Part shown: positions 1-15,395 of the stretch, one piece after another
Layout of the letters: every line of letters begins with the position of its first letter
Position numbering within the stretch: the stretch's first letter is position 1
The notes under the pieces: generated by a model
The model's input: the letters and a program-made list of their open reading frames with translations, nothing else
Databases searched by the model: none
What the model was told of the DNA's origin: nothing
Origin: Eledone cirrhosa
Taxonomy: Eukaryota
DNA: 64,000 bases
Assembly (NCBI GenBank): GCA_964016885.1
Contig: OZ024740.1
Span: 428,172,001-428,236,000 of the forward strand
Direction: 5' to 3'
Translations under genes and position numbers: made by a program

Positions 1-3000
1 CAGGAGAGAGATACATGGGAGACAGGAGGTAGAGATACATGGGAGACAGGAGGTAGAGATACATAGGAGACAGGAGTGAGATACATCGGAGACAGGAGGT
101 AGAGATGCATGGGAGATAGGAGGTAGAGATACATGGGAGACAGGAGGTAGAGATACATGGGAGACAGGAGGTAGAGATACATGGGAGACAAGAGAGAGAG
201 ATACATGGGTGACAGTAGGTAGAGATACATGGAAGAGGGGAGGTAGAGATACATGGGAGACAGGAGAGTGATACATGGGAGACAGGAGGTAGAGATACAT
301 GGGAGACAGGAGGTAGAGATACATAGGAGACAGGAGTGAGATACATCGGAGACAGGAGGTAGAGATGCATGGGAGATAGGAGGTAGAGATACATGGGAGA
401 CAGGAGGTAGAGATACATGGGAGACAGGAGGTAGAGATACATGGGAGACAAGAGAGAGAGATACATGGGTGACAGTAGGTAGAGATACATGGGAGACAGG
501 AGAGAGATACATGGGAGACAGGAGGTTGAGATACATGGGAGACAGGAGAGAGATACATGGGTGACAGGAGGGAGAGATACATGCGAGACAGGAGAGAGAT
601 ACATGGGGGACAGGAGGTGGAGATACATGGGAGAGGGGAGAGAGACACATAGGTGACAGGAGAGAGATACATGGGAGACAGGAGGTAGAGATACATGGGA
701 GACATGAGGTAGAGATACATGGGAGACAGGAGAGAGATACATGGGAGACAGGAGGTAGAGATACATGGGAGACAGGAGAGAGATACATGGAGACAGGAGG
801 TAGTGATACATGGGAGACAGGAGGTAGAGATACATGGGAGACAGGAGGTAGAGATACATAGGAGACAGGAGTGAGATACATGGGAGACAGGAGGTAGAGA
901 TGCATGGGAGACAGGAGGTAGAGATACATGGAGATAGGAGAGAGATACATGGGAGACAGGAGGTAGAGATACATTGGAGACAGGAGCTAGAGATACATGG
1001 GAGACAGGAGGTAGAGATTCATGGGAGACAGGAGAGAGATTCATGCGTTCCAGGAGAGAGATACATGGGAGACAGGAGGTAGAGATACATTGGAGACAGA
1101 AGGTAGAGCTACAGGGGAGACAGGAGGTAGAGATACATAGGAGACAGGAGAGAGATACATGGGTGACAGGAGAGAGATACATGGGAGACAGGAGGTAGAG
1201 ATACATTGGAGACAGAAGGTAGAGCTACATGGGAGACAGGAGGTAAAGATACATAGGAGACAGGAGAGAGATACATGGGTGTCAGGAGAGAGATACATGG
1301 GAGACAGAAGGTAGAGATACATTGGAGACAGGAGGTAGAGATACATGGGAGACAGGAGGTAGAGATACATGGGTGACAGTAGGTAGAGATACATGGTAGA
1401 CAGGAGAGAGATAGATGGGAGACAGGCGGTAGAGATACATGGGTGACAGAAGGTAGAGATACATGGGCGACAGGAGAGAGATAAATGGGAGACAGGAGGT
1501 AGAGATACATGGGAGACAGGAGAGAGATACATGGGTGACAGGAGAGAGATACATGGGAGACAGGAGGTAGAGATACATGGGAGACAGGAGGTAGAGATAC
1601 ATGGGTGACAGGAGAGTGATACATGGGAGACAGGAGGTAGAGATACATGGGAGACAGGAGAGAGATACATGGGTGACAGGGGAGAGATACATGGGAGACA
1701 GGAGGTAGAGATACATGGGAGACAGGAGTGAGATACATGGCAGACAGAAGGTAGAGATACATGGGAGAAGGAGAGAGATACATGCGAGACAGGAGGTAGA
1801 GATTCATGGGAGACAGGAGGTAGAGATACATGGGAGACAGGAGGTAGAGATACATGGGAGACAGGAGGAAGATATGCATGGGAGACAGGAGGTAGAGATT
1901 CATGGGAGATAGGAGAGAGATACATGGGAGACAGGAGGTAGAGATACATTGGAGACAGGAGCTAGAGATACATGGAAGACAGGAGGTAGAGATACATGGG
2001 AGACAGGAGATAGATAGATGGGTGACAGGAGAGAGATACATGGGACACAGGAGGTCGAGATACATGGGAGACAGGAGGTCGAGATACATGGGTGACAGGA
2101 GAGAGATACATGGGAGACAGGAGGTACAGATACATGGAAGACAGGAGGTAGAGATACATGGGAGACAGGAGAGAGATACATGGGTGACAGGAGAGAGATA
2201 CATGGGAGACAGGAGGTAGAGATACATGGGAGACAGGAGGTAGAGATACATGGGAGACAGGAGAGAGATACATGGGTGACAGGAGAGAGATACATGGGAG
2301 ACAGGAGGTAGAGATACATGGGAGACAGGAGGTAGAGATACATGGGAGACAGGAGAGAGATACATGGGTGACAGGAGAGAGATACAAGGGTGACAGGAGA
2401 GAGATACATGGGAGACAGGAGGTAGAGATGCATGGGAGACAGGAGGTAGAGATGCATGGGAGAACGGAGGTAGATATACATGGGAGACAGGATGTAGTGA
2501 TACATGGGAGACAGGAGGTAGAGATACATGGGTGACAGTAGGTAGAGATTCATGGGAGACAGGATAGAGATACATGGGTGACAGGAGAGAGATACATGGG
2601 AGACAGGAGGTAGAGATACATGGGAGAGGGGAGGTAGAGATACATGGGAGATAGGAGAGTGATACATGGGAGACAGGAGGTAGAGATACATGGGAGACAG
2701 GAGAGAGAGATACATGGGAGAGAGGGCATAGAGTTACATGGGAGACAGAAGGCAGAGATACATGGGAGACAGCAGAGAGAGAGAGATACATAGGAGACAG
2801 GAGTGAGATACATGGGAGACAGGAGGTAGAGATGCATGGGAGACAGGAGGTAGAGATACATGGAGATAGGAGAGAGATACATGGGAGATAGGAGGTAGAG
2901 ATACATTGGAGACAGGAGCTAGAGATACATGGGAGACAGGAGGTAGAGATTCATGGGAGACAGGAGAGAGATTCATGCGTTCCAGGAGAGAGATACATGG

Positions 3001-6000
3001 GAGACAGGAGGTAGAGATACATTGGAGACAGAAGGTAGAGCTACAGGGGAGACAGGAGGTAGAGATACATAGGAGACAGGAGAGAGATACATGGGTGACA
3101 GGAGAGAGATACATGGGAGACAGGAGGTAGAGATACATTGGAGACAAAAGGTAGAGCTTCATGGGAGACAGGAGGTAAAGATACATAGGAGACAGGAGAG
3201 AGATACATGGGTGTCAGGAGAGAGATACATGGGAGACAGAAGGTAGATATACATTGGAGACAGGAGGTAGAGATACATGGGAGAAAGGAGGTAGAGATAC
3301 ATGGGTGACAGTAGGTAGAGATACATGGTAGACAGGAGAGAGATAGATGGGAGACAGGCGGTAGAGATACATGGGTGACATAAGGTAGAGATACATGGGC
3401 GACAGGAGAGAGATAAATGGGAGACAGGAGGTAGAGATACATGGGAGACAGGAGAGAGATACATGGGTGACAGGAGAGAGATACATGGGAGACAGGAGGT
3501 AGAGATACATGGGAGACAGGAGGTAGAGATACATGGGAGACAGGAGGTAGAGATACATGGGAGACAGGAGAGAGATACATGGGTGACAGGAGAGAGATAC
3601 ATGGGAGACAGGAGGTAGAGATACATGGGAGACAGGAGTGAGATACATGGCAGACAGAAGGTAGAGATACATGGGAGAAGGAGAGAGATACATGCGAGAC
3701 AGGAGGTAGAGATTCATGGGAGACAGGAGGTAGAGATACATGGGAGACAGGAGGTAGAGATACATGGGAGACAGGAGGAAGATATGCATGGGAGACAGGA
3801 GGTAGAGATTCATGGGAGATAGGAGAGAGATACATGGGAGACAGGAGGTAGAGATACATTGGAGACAGGAGCTAGAGATACATGGAAGACAGGAGGTAGA
3901 GATACATGGGAGACAGGAGATAGATAGATGGGTGACAGGAGAGAGATACATGGGACACAGGAGGTCGAGATACATGGGAGACAGGAGGTCGAGATACATG
4001 GGTGACAGGAGAGAGATACATGGGAGACAGGAGGTACAGATACATGGAAGACAGGAGGTAGAGATACATGGGAGACAGGAGAGAGATACATGGGTGACAG
4101 GAGAGAGATACATGGGAGACAGGAGGTAGAGATACATGGGAGACAGGAGAGAGATACATGGGTGACAGGAGAGAGATACAAGGGTGACAGGAGAGAGATA
4201 CATGGGAGACAGGAGGTAGAGATGCATGGGAGACAGGAGGTAGAGATGCATGGGAGAAAGGAGGTAGATATACATGGGAGACAGGATGTAGTGATACATG
4301 GGAGACAGGAGGTAGAGATACATGGGTGACAGTAGGTAGAGATACATGGGAGACAGGAGAGAGATACATGGGTGACAGGAGAGAGATACATGGGAGACAG
4401 GAGGTAGAGATACATGGGAGAGGGGAGGTAGAGATACATGGGAGATAGGAGAGTGATACATGGGAGACAGGAGGTAGAGATACATGGGAGACAGGAGAGA
4501 GAGATACATGGGAGAGAGGGCATAGAGTTACATGGGAGACAGAAGGCAGAGATACATGGGAGACAGCAGAGAGAGAGATACATGGGTGACAGGAGAGAGA
4601 TTCATGGGTGACAGGAGGTAGAGATGCATGGGAGACAGCAGAGAGAGATACATGGGAGACAAGAGAGATATACATGGGAGACAGGAGTTAGAGATACATG
4701 GGAGACAGGAGATAGAGATACATGGGTGACAGGAGATAGAGATACATGGGAGACAGGAGAGATAGATACATGGGAGACAGGAGGTAGAGATACATGGGAG
4801 ACAGGAGGTAGAGATACATGGGAGACAGGAGAGAGAGATACATGTGAGACAGGAGGTAGAAATACATGTGAGACAGGAGATAGAGATACATGGGAGAGAG
4901 GGCGTAGAAATACATGGAAGACAGGAGGTATAGATACATGGGAGGCAGGAGGTAGAGATACATGCGAGACAGGAGAGAGAGAAACATGGGAGAGAGGGCG
5001 TAGAGTTACATGGGAGACAGAAGGCAGAGATACATGGGAGACAGCAGAGAGAGAGATACATGGGAGACTAGAGATATAGATACATGGGAGACAGCAGAGA
5101 GAGATACATGGGAGACAGGAGATATAGATACATGAGTGACAGGAGAGAGAGATACATGGGAGACAGGAGATAGAGATACATGGGAGACAGGAGAGAGATA
5201 CATGGGTGACAGGAGAGAGATACATGGGAGACAGGAGGTAGAGATACATGTGAGACAGGAGGTAGAGATATATGGGAGACAGGAGAGAGATACATGGGTG
5301 ACAGGAGGTAGAGATACAAGGATGACAGGAGAGAGATACATGGGAGACAGGAGGTAGAGATACATGGGAGACAGGAGGTTGAGATACATAGGAGTTAGGA
5401 GAGAGATACATGGTAGACAGGAGGTAGAGATGCATGGGAGACAGGAGGTAGATATACATGGGAGACAGGAGAGAGAGATACATGGGAGACAGGAGATAGA
5501 TATACATGGGAGACAGGATGTAGAGATACATGGGAGACAGGAGGTAGAGATACATGGGTGACAGTAGGTAGAGATACATGGGAGACAGGAGAGAGATACA
5601 TGGGAGACAGGAGGTAGAGATACATGGGAGACAGGAGAGAGATACATGGGTGACAGGAGAGAGATACATGGGAGACAGGAGGTAGAGATACATGGGAGAG
5701 GGGAGGTAGAGATACATGGGAGATTGGAGAGTGATACATGGGAGACAGGAGGTAGAGATACATGGGAGACAGGAGAGAGAGATACATGTGAGAGAGGGCA
5801 TAGAGTTACATGGGAGACAGAAGGCAGAGATACATGGGAGACAGCAGAGAGAGAGATACATGGGTGACAGGAGAGAGATTCATGGGTGACAGGAGGTAGA
5901 GATGCATGGGAGACAGCAGAGAGATACATGGGTGACAAGAGAGATACACATGGGAGACAGGAGTTAGAGATACATGGGAGACAGGAGATAGAGATACATG

Positions 6001-6440
6001 GGTGACAGGAGATAGAGATACATGGGAGACAGGAGAGATAGATACATGGGAGACAGGAGGTAGAGATACACGGGAGACAGGAGAGAGAGATACATGTGAG
6101 ACAGGAGGTAGAGATACATGGCAGACAGGAGATAGAGATACATGGGAGAGAGGGCGTAGAAATACATGGAAGACAGGAGGTATAGATACATGGGAGGCAG
6201 GAGGTAGAGATACATGCGAGACAGGAGAGAGAGAAACATGGGAGAGAGGGCGTAGAGTTACATGGGAGACAGAAGGCAGAGATACATGGGAGACAGCAGA
6301 GAGAGAGATACATGGGAGACTAGAGATATAGATACATGGGAGACAGCAGAGAGAGATACATGGGAGACAGGAGATATAGATACATGAGTGACAGGAGAGA
6401 GAGATACATGGGAGACAGGAGATAGAGATACATGGGAGAC
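1..6440. repeat. Purine-rich minisatellite with 22/24-bp units (GGGAGACAGGAGGTAGAGATACAT / GGGWGACAGGAGAGAGATACAT) and higher-order duplications
   Basis: Tandem units visible throughout. Identical translated blocks recur at 974/2906, 1715/3625 and 1902/3812 (about 1.9-kb period). All ORFs here are repeat translations. Confidence 0.97.
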
Positions 6441-7958
6441 GTAAAGAGAGAATGGAAAGAATGAGAGAAAGGAAAAAGAAAAGAATATAGAGAAAAGTGA
6501 AATAGAATTTAGAAGAGTGGAGAGAATCAAAGACAGAGAGAAAGGAGGAAGGAAAGAAAGAAAAATAATAACTGAGTGAAAGAATGAATGCACAAAAAAA
6601 CGGAAGAAAGATGAAAAAAGAAAGAAAGAATGTATGGAGAAAGAAGTAACATCCTTCATGTGGTTGTTTGTGGTTTCCACAGTTGGAACAAATATATTTC
6701 GTGGAATTGAGCGTTTCATTTTATTATTGTTCTGGTTGGATATGGAGCCGGGTTTAATGTTAATAATTATCTATTTGACCCCGGGCTGCCGAGCTCCTCC
6801 ACAAGAACGTCAGCAGCCCGTCTGAGCAAGACCCCCGTGAGGTGGGTAGCTGTTGTCCGCGGAAATACTTTTACGGTCTTCTCCGTGGGGCGCAGGGTGT
6901 TGGGGCTGCGACAACACCGCCGCTCCCGAGGCCTAGAGCCCATCACCCTCACCCTCCCATTTTATGTGACCTTAGAGCCCTTTACCTTCCCTTCCTTTTC
7001 CGTTTTTAAATATTTGTTGTTTTCTTGTTATTTGAAATAGATTTGTTTATGATTTTTTTTAATTTTTATTAATAAACATTTTTTGGTGAGATTCAAATAA
7101 ATTGGTTAGAATAAGTAAAAAAAAATAGCTATTTGATAAAGGATGATTAGATAAAGATGATTTGATAAAGAATGATTAGAACCTGCTCACATTAACAATA
7201 TGTTTTATATCTAATCAACAATGTAGGTTAGTTAATTCCGGGGTTAAAGGTAGACATGAAAAGATGAAAATATAAATTAACATTCAACTATGGCAGGATT
7301 AGACGTCAGATTGTAAAGGTTCGTAAATAAATGTATGTATGGTCTTGTAATTCCTAAGGGAGTCGTAGTGTCGTCGAATTGACATAAGAAGTTTCTAGGT
7401 CATCTGAAAACCTGGTTGGGCCCATCTCCAGGTCGGAATTTATCAGATTTTTTTCAGAGGAGGATTGAGAGGGAATTAGAAAATGGAAGTGACAGATATC
7501 ATAACACATAATAATTAACATAAAAAGCAGGTAGAGTTAACCTCCCTCACAAGGATGGGACCCACTAATAAATTCCATTTAGATCAAACCATGTTTCTAC
7601 TCATTCACCATGTAGTATAGTATTATATAGTTTCCAGTGGTCACAGAAATAAACCGCAATAATCTTTTTGGTGGGTTTATTAATAAAAGAAAACACATTT
7701 TCTGGTCCTGAGAACTTTTCTTATGCCCCACTTTCGTTAGAAGTAAAAGTCTATAATCCGGTTGCTTTAAATAGCAATCTCCCACTTGCTCGCCAATCTA
7801 CGAGTATTGGCTGAAAATTTCGTAGGATGACCAAGATACTCTCATGAAATGGCCAAATGAGATTTATTTTGCAACATAGTCCCTGGAAAGAAACAATGTA
7901 GTTATTAATAAGAGTTGAAGTTACAGTTGCAGCGAGATGTGTATAATGTATATGTATA

Positions 7959-8053
<95 letters not shown>

Positions 8054-9676
8054 AAATGCAGTTAATAATAATAAGAGATGATATTAATGCATGCAAGGTT
8101 TCACAGCTCTAGCATCACTTCTTTGTATTGAAAACATGAACTTATTAGCCCACCCTCGTATGGTAAGCTGTTGAGCATTAAATAGTATATATTCTTGATT
8201 GTATTCAATCCTAATAAATTAGTCAACCTATGAACTTTTCATCCTACCCTCATCTATGTTTCGTGGGGTTCACTGTTTCAATTCAGACACTTTATAAAGC
8301 TCAACTCAATGTTGTTGGTGCTGACGACCGTGTACATAACAGCAACACACTTTTTACACCTGACATATTTCCCACTTCTTTTGTAATCTGTCACACTTCC
8401 GTAGTCTCTATTTCATTCTCCTCATCACCGACGGTGTGGCACCCTTATAAAGAGTGACATCAGTATCTTCCACACAAGACCGAGTTTCATGTAACTTTCT
8501 CTTCTTTATTAAACCCCTAACGATGATATTGATTAACATTTAATATGTTATATTGATCTTTCGTACTTAATGGATGTTTCTGATTAAACAGTTGAATTTC
8601 TACGACCCTATTATTTCGTGACGCCAACTATTGTGATACAAGTGTATCAGCGGGTGTATATTGCACCTACTTGTCCTGTTCACTGGGTCACTCCCATTTC
8701 TGAAGACTACTTATATATAGCCGTTAGCTTTACATCAGCCAGCTGAAGTAATATTTTTCTAGACGTCAAACATTAGTTGGCGATTAGTAAAAGTATCCAT
8801 CATTGTCCTTAGTAAAATAGGCATTTCTGTTTTATTTTCCTGTCAATAACATGAAGCAGAAGAACTGCACATTTCCTCGTCCCTACCATACTGATAGACC
8901 CTCAGCTAATTCTCCCTTAGTCAGATCTTGTGAGATACTAACAGCATTAGAATACGAAGTCAATTAACATATTCCCTACTCAGTAACACCTACAGTCGGT
9001 GAAGTGAATATATGTTTGTATGTGTGGGGGTGGGCAGTGTTTGGCAATATCGCTAGCAAAGTCACTATTTTGAGGAGTATTTCTTTTTTTTTCAGTTGTA
9101 TCTTGTGATAAGGAAATATTTTTCATTTATTTGGTTGCAAATATTTTCTTTTTTAAAATGTTTTTCTCTCTATGTTGGCCTAACTTTGCGTTGTTATTGT
9201 CGGCAACATTAATTACACGATCTCCATAGAGAAAAAGTAAAAATTGTCAGAAAATAAACACCGACCTTTATTTATTTTCTTGAAAATAAACATCAAATTA
9301 TTTAGATTATTCTATTTTGTATTAATCTAAATGGAAGAAAGAACTTAAATCAACTTTGGGCACAGTGAAATATCAAAGTTCATCCATCTACCAGGAGCTT
9401 CCTAAAGGGACGTTATCAAACACAACAACGGCAGCAACAACAATAAAAATAATGTATTTGAATTTCAGCAGAAAACCAGCAATTCAAGGGAGAGAAGGAG
9501 GGAAGGATAAGTTAATTATATCAAAGTGCTTGACTGATAAACTCTCGGTTTAAAACTCTCCTAGAATCGATTTTGCATTTCATCCATTCTGGTTCGGAAA
9601 ATAAGCAATAGTTGTCGCTTTTGTTGCGGTTGTAGTTAGGCCTGAACATGGAGATATATGGCCCATCCTTAGTGAT

Positions 9677-9815
9677 GGCGCATGGCTTAGTGGTTAGGGC
9701 ATTGGGCTTGCAATCGAAAGGTTGTGAGTTCAATTCTCGCACCGGGTGATGTGTTGTTTCCTTGAGCAAGACATTTTATTTCACATTGCTCCCGTTTACT
9801 CAGCTGTAGAAATGA
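9677..9815 (+). mobile_element. tRNA-derived SINE family A (CORE-like), 3'-truncated
   Basis: A box TGGCTTAGTGG, B box GAGTTCAATTC, then TGTTGTTTCCTTGAGCAAGACA body. Homologous to 10474-10796 and 12671-12780. Confidence 0.85.
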
Positions 9816-10244
9816 TATGATATGACTGGGGTTCCTATCATTAAATCACCCAAGACACCTCCAACGAGATATACCTTGGAGGAGCCAGTTAAACCTGCAT
9901 AGCTGTGAGCTGTCACACACACACAGAGACACACATCCTTAATCAATAAACAAAGAGTCTTTTTTTCTCCAGGCATAGTTTACGAAGACTAAATCCTCAA
10001 ATGCGTGTTACTTTCTATACAGACTGTGTGTGATTTAATGAAGATTTCGCTGTTATTTCCAGCACTGTCGTCTTTTAATACATGAGTAAGTAGGAGTGAA
10101 CAATTGTGAGTGATTTAATCGGGTATGCCATCCCCTATAGTCTATCAGAGTGAATGAATTTTAGAAAGAAAAACAAAATATATATATATATATATATTTA
10201 AATAATAGATGCACCTGTTGGATTTTAGTTCAATTTATTATTAT

Positions 10245-10329
<85 letters not shown>

Positions 10330-10473
10330 CGGAATCAACCAGACGGATCGCTTCACCAACTAAGAACAGTCATACAGCACCACCCCACAAATCGAGAATA
10401 ACCTATCGATCTGTCAGTTTTCCCGTGTTAAGTCCTATCAAGCGACAGGATACGCTCCTGGTGGTGCCCTATG

Positions 10474-10796
10474 TGAAGGCACACGGCTTCGTGGTTTGAG
10501 CATTGAGATTGCAATCAGGAGGTTGTGAGTTCGATTCTCGGAGCAGGTCATGTGTTGTCCTTGAGCAAGATCCATTATTTCACGTTGCTCCAGTTTACTC
10601 AGAACAAGAAATGAGTCTTTGATGTCACTGGTGTCAAGCTGTATATCTCTTGGACAATATCGGTGGCGTGGAGAGGGGAGGTTGGTATGGGTGACTGCTG
10701 GTCTTCCATAAACAATCTTGTTCGGATATGTGCCACAGAGGTACAAATACCATGGTCACTTGTGAACGAAGGGAGTCTTTACCCTTATCTTACCTT
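10474..10796 (+). mobile_element. tRNA-derived SINE family A, longest copy
   Basis: B box GAGTTCGATTC, GTCCTTGAGCAAGA core, 3' tail TTTACCCTTATCTTACCTT. Confidence 0.85.
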
Positions 10797-10873
10797 CGAA
10801 ACTGGGTTGAGCAAACGACCAAAATAACGGAGGTACCACCATTATATTTTTTGTTTTTTCCGTTCAAGTTCTA

Positions 10874-10932
10874 GCTGTCTGATGAGGTCATAGCTGTTGA
10901 ATAATTGTTATCACTGAAATATATATTGCAGC
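10874..10932 (+). ncRNA. Type I hammerhead ribozyme motif in a PLE pLTR relic
   Basis: GCTGT-CTGATGA-stem II (GGTCATAGC...GTTATCACT)-GAAA-TATATA-TT-GCAGC. Palindromic stem III, AUU site, next to (TA)n. Confidence 0.75.
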
Positions 10933-10980
10933 GAATATGAGTAAACGAAGTTAATATTAATCTGTTGACTTACATTTATT

Positions 10981-11050
<70 letters not shown>

Positions 11051-11297
11051 GTAAATTTGTCACAATATACATAACATCGGAGTGAAAAGATCACTAAATC
11101 AATCTCATTCAGAATGAAGGTGTTTGCTCCAACATACTGTATACATATAAGTGTATTTTCTCTATCTAACGATAAACGGTATGTTTACATGAGTGCCAGC
11201 AGCAAGCAAATTAATGGGGAACATTACTTTGAAATGACCATCAGTCAGAAACGACCATCGGTAACGACCCCTGCTTCGGCTGGATGAACATAAATAA

Positions 11298-11411
11298 ATA
11301 ATTGTTTCTACTTTTGGTACAAGGCCAGCAATTAATCAGTGTATTACTGGTACTTTATTTTATCGACCCCGTAAGGATGAAAGGCAAAGTTAACCTCGGC
11401 GGGATTTGAAC
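11298..11411 (-). mobile_element. tRNA-derived SINE family B, 5'-truncated
   Basis: Reverse complement of GTTCAAATCCCGCCGAGGTTAACTTTGCCTTTCATCCTTACGGGGTCGATAAAATAAAGTACCAG. Confidence 0.9.
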
Positions 11412-11514
11412 ATAAATAAATAATATAATGTATATAAAATATAATAAATAATATAATGTAATATAATATTTTATAATATATATATATATGTATATATATA
11501 TCTGTGTGTATATA

Positions 11515-11614
<100 letters not shown>

Positions 11615-11920
11615 TATGAAAACAGGGCATGCTGCGTGGTTGCAAATGGGTTACATATGAATAAATTTAGTCCTTCATCAGTGATCTCCCAGCCTTCATT
11701 GGTATTTCATCGCTTTAAAGACCATATACCTCTGGTTGGTGCGAGCAACGGCTAAAGAAAGTCGTTGGGACACATAAATAGGGAAAACGAGCGAGACAGT
11801 AAACAAACAAAGATGATAATGCAACGAAAAGTGAGGAAGAAGGAGTCAAGTCCCTAAAATCGATGAACATATGTTCTGTGAAATCGTAGACGAGAGAGAA
11901 TATATATATATATATATATA

Positions 11921-12243
<323 letters not shown>

Positions 12244-12244
12244 A

Positions 12245-12670
<426 letters not shown>

Positions 12671-12780
12671 AAATTGGATTCACAATCTTGAGATTGTGAG
12701 TTCGATTCCTGGACCGGGCGATGCGTTATGTCCTTGAGCAAGAAACTTTTTTTTACGTTGCTCTTTCTACCTGCAGTTGC
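12671..12780 (+). mobile_element. SINE family A fragment
   Basis: GAGTTCGATTCC B box plus GTCCTTGAGCAAGA. Confidence 0.75.
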
Positions 12781-12928
12781 GACCGATAGGTAGTATTAGC
12801 AACTGCAAAAACTGACGAAAACATTGTTTCCTCGGTCTGATTTGACGAAAGTCGATCGGTCCTTTTTATATATATATATATACATAGATGGGTTGTATAT
12901 ATATACATATATATGTGTATATATATAT

Positions 12929-13069
<141 letters not shown>

Positions 13070-14040
13070 TAGCTGGATTTCTGTGGATTATCAATCTGCC
13101 AAATCAGAGGTGAAAACACATTTCGATATTTGTGTAGAAAGCTAATATTTACATTCAAAATATTTTTATATCATTCTGTGTTGTTTCTTCTTTGTTGTAA
13201 TATTCTATAAAGATGTGATTAAATGTGAGAAGACATTCCGCTTCATGCAACAACTGAGGAAAACTGATTCTGTTATAAAACTTGTTCTCTAATTCTTTAT
13301 GAATGATGTTTAGTTATCTCTGCCTCTGTATATGTGTCTGCACTTATATGTGTGTCTGTGCGTGTACGCGTGTCTTTGTGTGCATGCATGATGTGTATGT
13401 ATGTGTGTCTGTGTTTTATATGCGTGTCTTTGTGTGCATGCGTGTGAGTATGTGAATGAAAGTTTGCCTGTGTATGTGTGTCTTTGTGTGCATGCGTGCG
13501 AGTGTGTGTATCAAACTTTGTCTGTGTGTATGTGTGTCTTTGTGTGCATGCGTGCGAGTATGTGTATCAAAGTTTGTCTGTGTGTATGTGTGTCTTTGTG
13601 TGCATGTTATTTTATTTTCAAACAGACTCTGACTGAAATTCTATGTCAGATTGCCACTATTATTGCAGTAGTGTTTGTCAAAGGTTTTATACGCCATATG
13701 ATATTGCTTCTACAATGACAGCTTTATAACATTCATTCACACGTAAATGTATTAAGAATTCGTTAGCCTCAGTATAACTGTCGCTTGCAAGTCATTATTT
13801 AAATATAAACACGACTTCCATGTCAGTTATGTCCCATGGCAAAAATGGCAGTGTCTAATTGTGTTCAAACATAACAGACATTATCGTTGTTACGTCGAAT
13901 GAACGATCAACACAAAGCTATACAATTCATGCTTGCTTCCATCAAATATCCACTCACTTTCTCTCCGTCTCTCACATCCTTTCTCTCCCTGTCTACCTGT
14001 CTCATGTGTTCCGACTTTCTCCCTATCTGTCTGTCAGCCC

Positions 14041-14106
<66 letters not shown>

Positions 14107-14125
14107 ACTATATATATATATATAT

Positions 14126-14170
<45 letters not shown>

Positions 14171-14308
14171 ATTTCATTCGAATGAAACAGGTATAGTTCC
14201 GTAGAAGTCATTTCCATATATAATATAGATACTCTACCAACGTATTGAGTCCCTTTTTAATTGTGGGTACACCCAACACAACTCGGGAACCTACATATTG
14301 TATGTATA

Positions 14309-14379
<71 letters not shown>

Positions 14380-14416
14380 TATAAGTATTAATAAAATAGA
14401 TGTTCTTTTGATCAAT

Positions 14417-14475
14417 TACATTTTATTATACATATTTCGGATGTACAACAGTACGTCCTCATCAGACAAAATATA
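14417..14475 (-). ncRNA. Type I hammerhead in a PLE 3' relic (element about 14376-15340)
   Basis: Minus strand TATATTTTGT-CTGATGA-GGACGTAC tgtt GTACATCC-GAAA-TATGTA-TA-ATAAAATGTA. Homologous to 58101-58167. Confidence 0.8.
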
Positions 14476-15342
14476 ATGATACATGACATACCCTGAGATG
14501 TTATATGGTTAAGATTTAATCAAAGTAGTGATTAACCCAAGAGAAAATTTTACTTGTATCCTATTTATGAGAAAATGCGAAAATGTAATAAATTCATTAG
14601 AGAATGTGTGAGTAAGAAAAACGTTGCATACTGTAACTGTTCTAAAAGTTTTAAAGTGTATGATACTACGATATATCTAGGAAAACGTCTCATGAATCAT
14701 AACACCCAGTGATAGCCACTGGAAAAGGATTTATAAAGAGGGAAAAAAAAATAACGTGTGGGGGGGGGGGTATATCTTTTTCGAAAAGTTAAACGGTTAA
14801 ATTTGAAAATATTTAATTTATAATATTACAGTGAAGACTCCAGATTTCAGGATTATTTGCTGGTTATTTATATATTATTTATATAAATTCGATAAGTGTG
14901 TTATCATTTCTAAACTTCTGAATTTTATGAGGGTAACATTTAAAGGATTTAGCTGGCATATATGAATGAAATATTATACTGTTGATTATTTACCTAAATT
15001 CAAACTTTAACAAATATACCAACATATTAGGTATGTAAAGCTTTTGAAGTACTTATTATTATAAATATTTAAATAACTGTTATGTATATAGGTATATATT
15101 AATGAGCCAGTATGTTTAAGGTAAATAATAACGAAGATAAGAATAAAATAAGATAATATATTGAAGGATGTTAAGGATAAATATATACCTATGTATAACT
15201 GGGTGTAAATGCACTAATTATTCCTTAACCAAGATATCAACATATTATTAGATACAGGGATGTATATATAGATATTGAGTGTTTCCAATCTACTGTAAAA
15301 CTCATTCTTTGACATAATCATTGAATATTGTTTAACACTTTA

Positions 15343-15395
<53 letters not shown>

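Noticed and set aside
900-6331. Long ORFs up to 560 aa
   Set aside because: These are translations of the minisatellite in several overlapping frames, with no domain content.
7750-7900. Possible host exon on the minus strand (acceptor-like TTTCTTTCCAG)
   Set aside because: Only a 43-codon frame with no recognisable motif and no partner exon.
8090-8950. Possible decayed transposase or coding sequence (also 32470-33400)
   Set aside because: No sustained reading frame or motif was recognisable by eye.
9677-9745. tRNA genes
   Set aside because: The A/B boxes belong to SINE heads and there is no complete cloverleaf. The same applies to SINE B copies and to 63252-63465.
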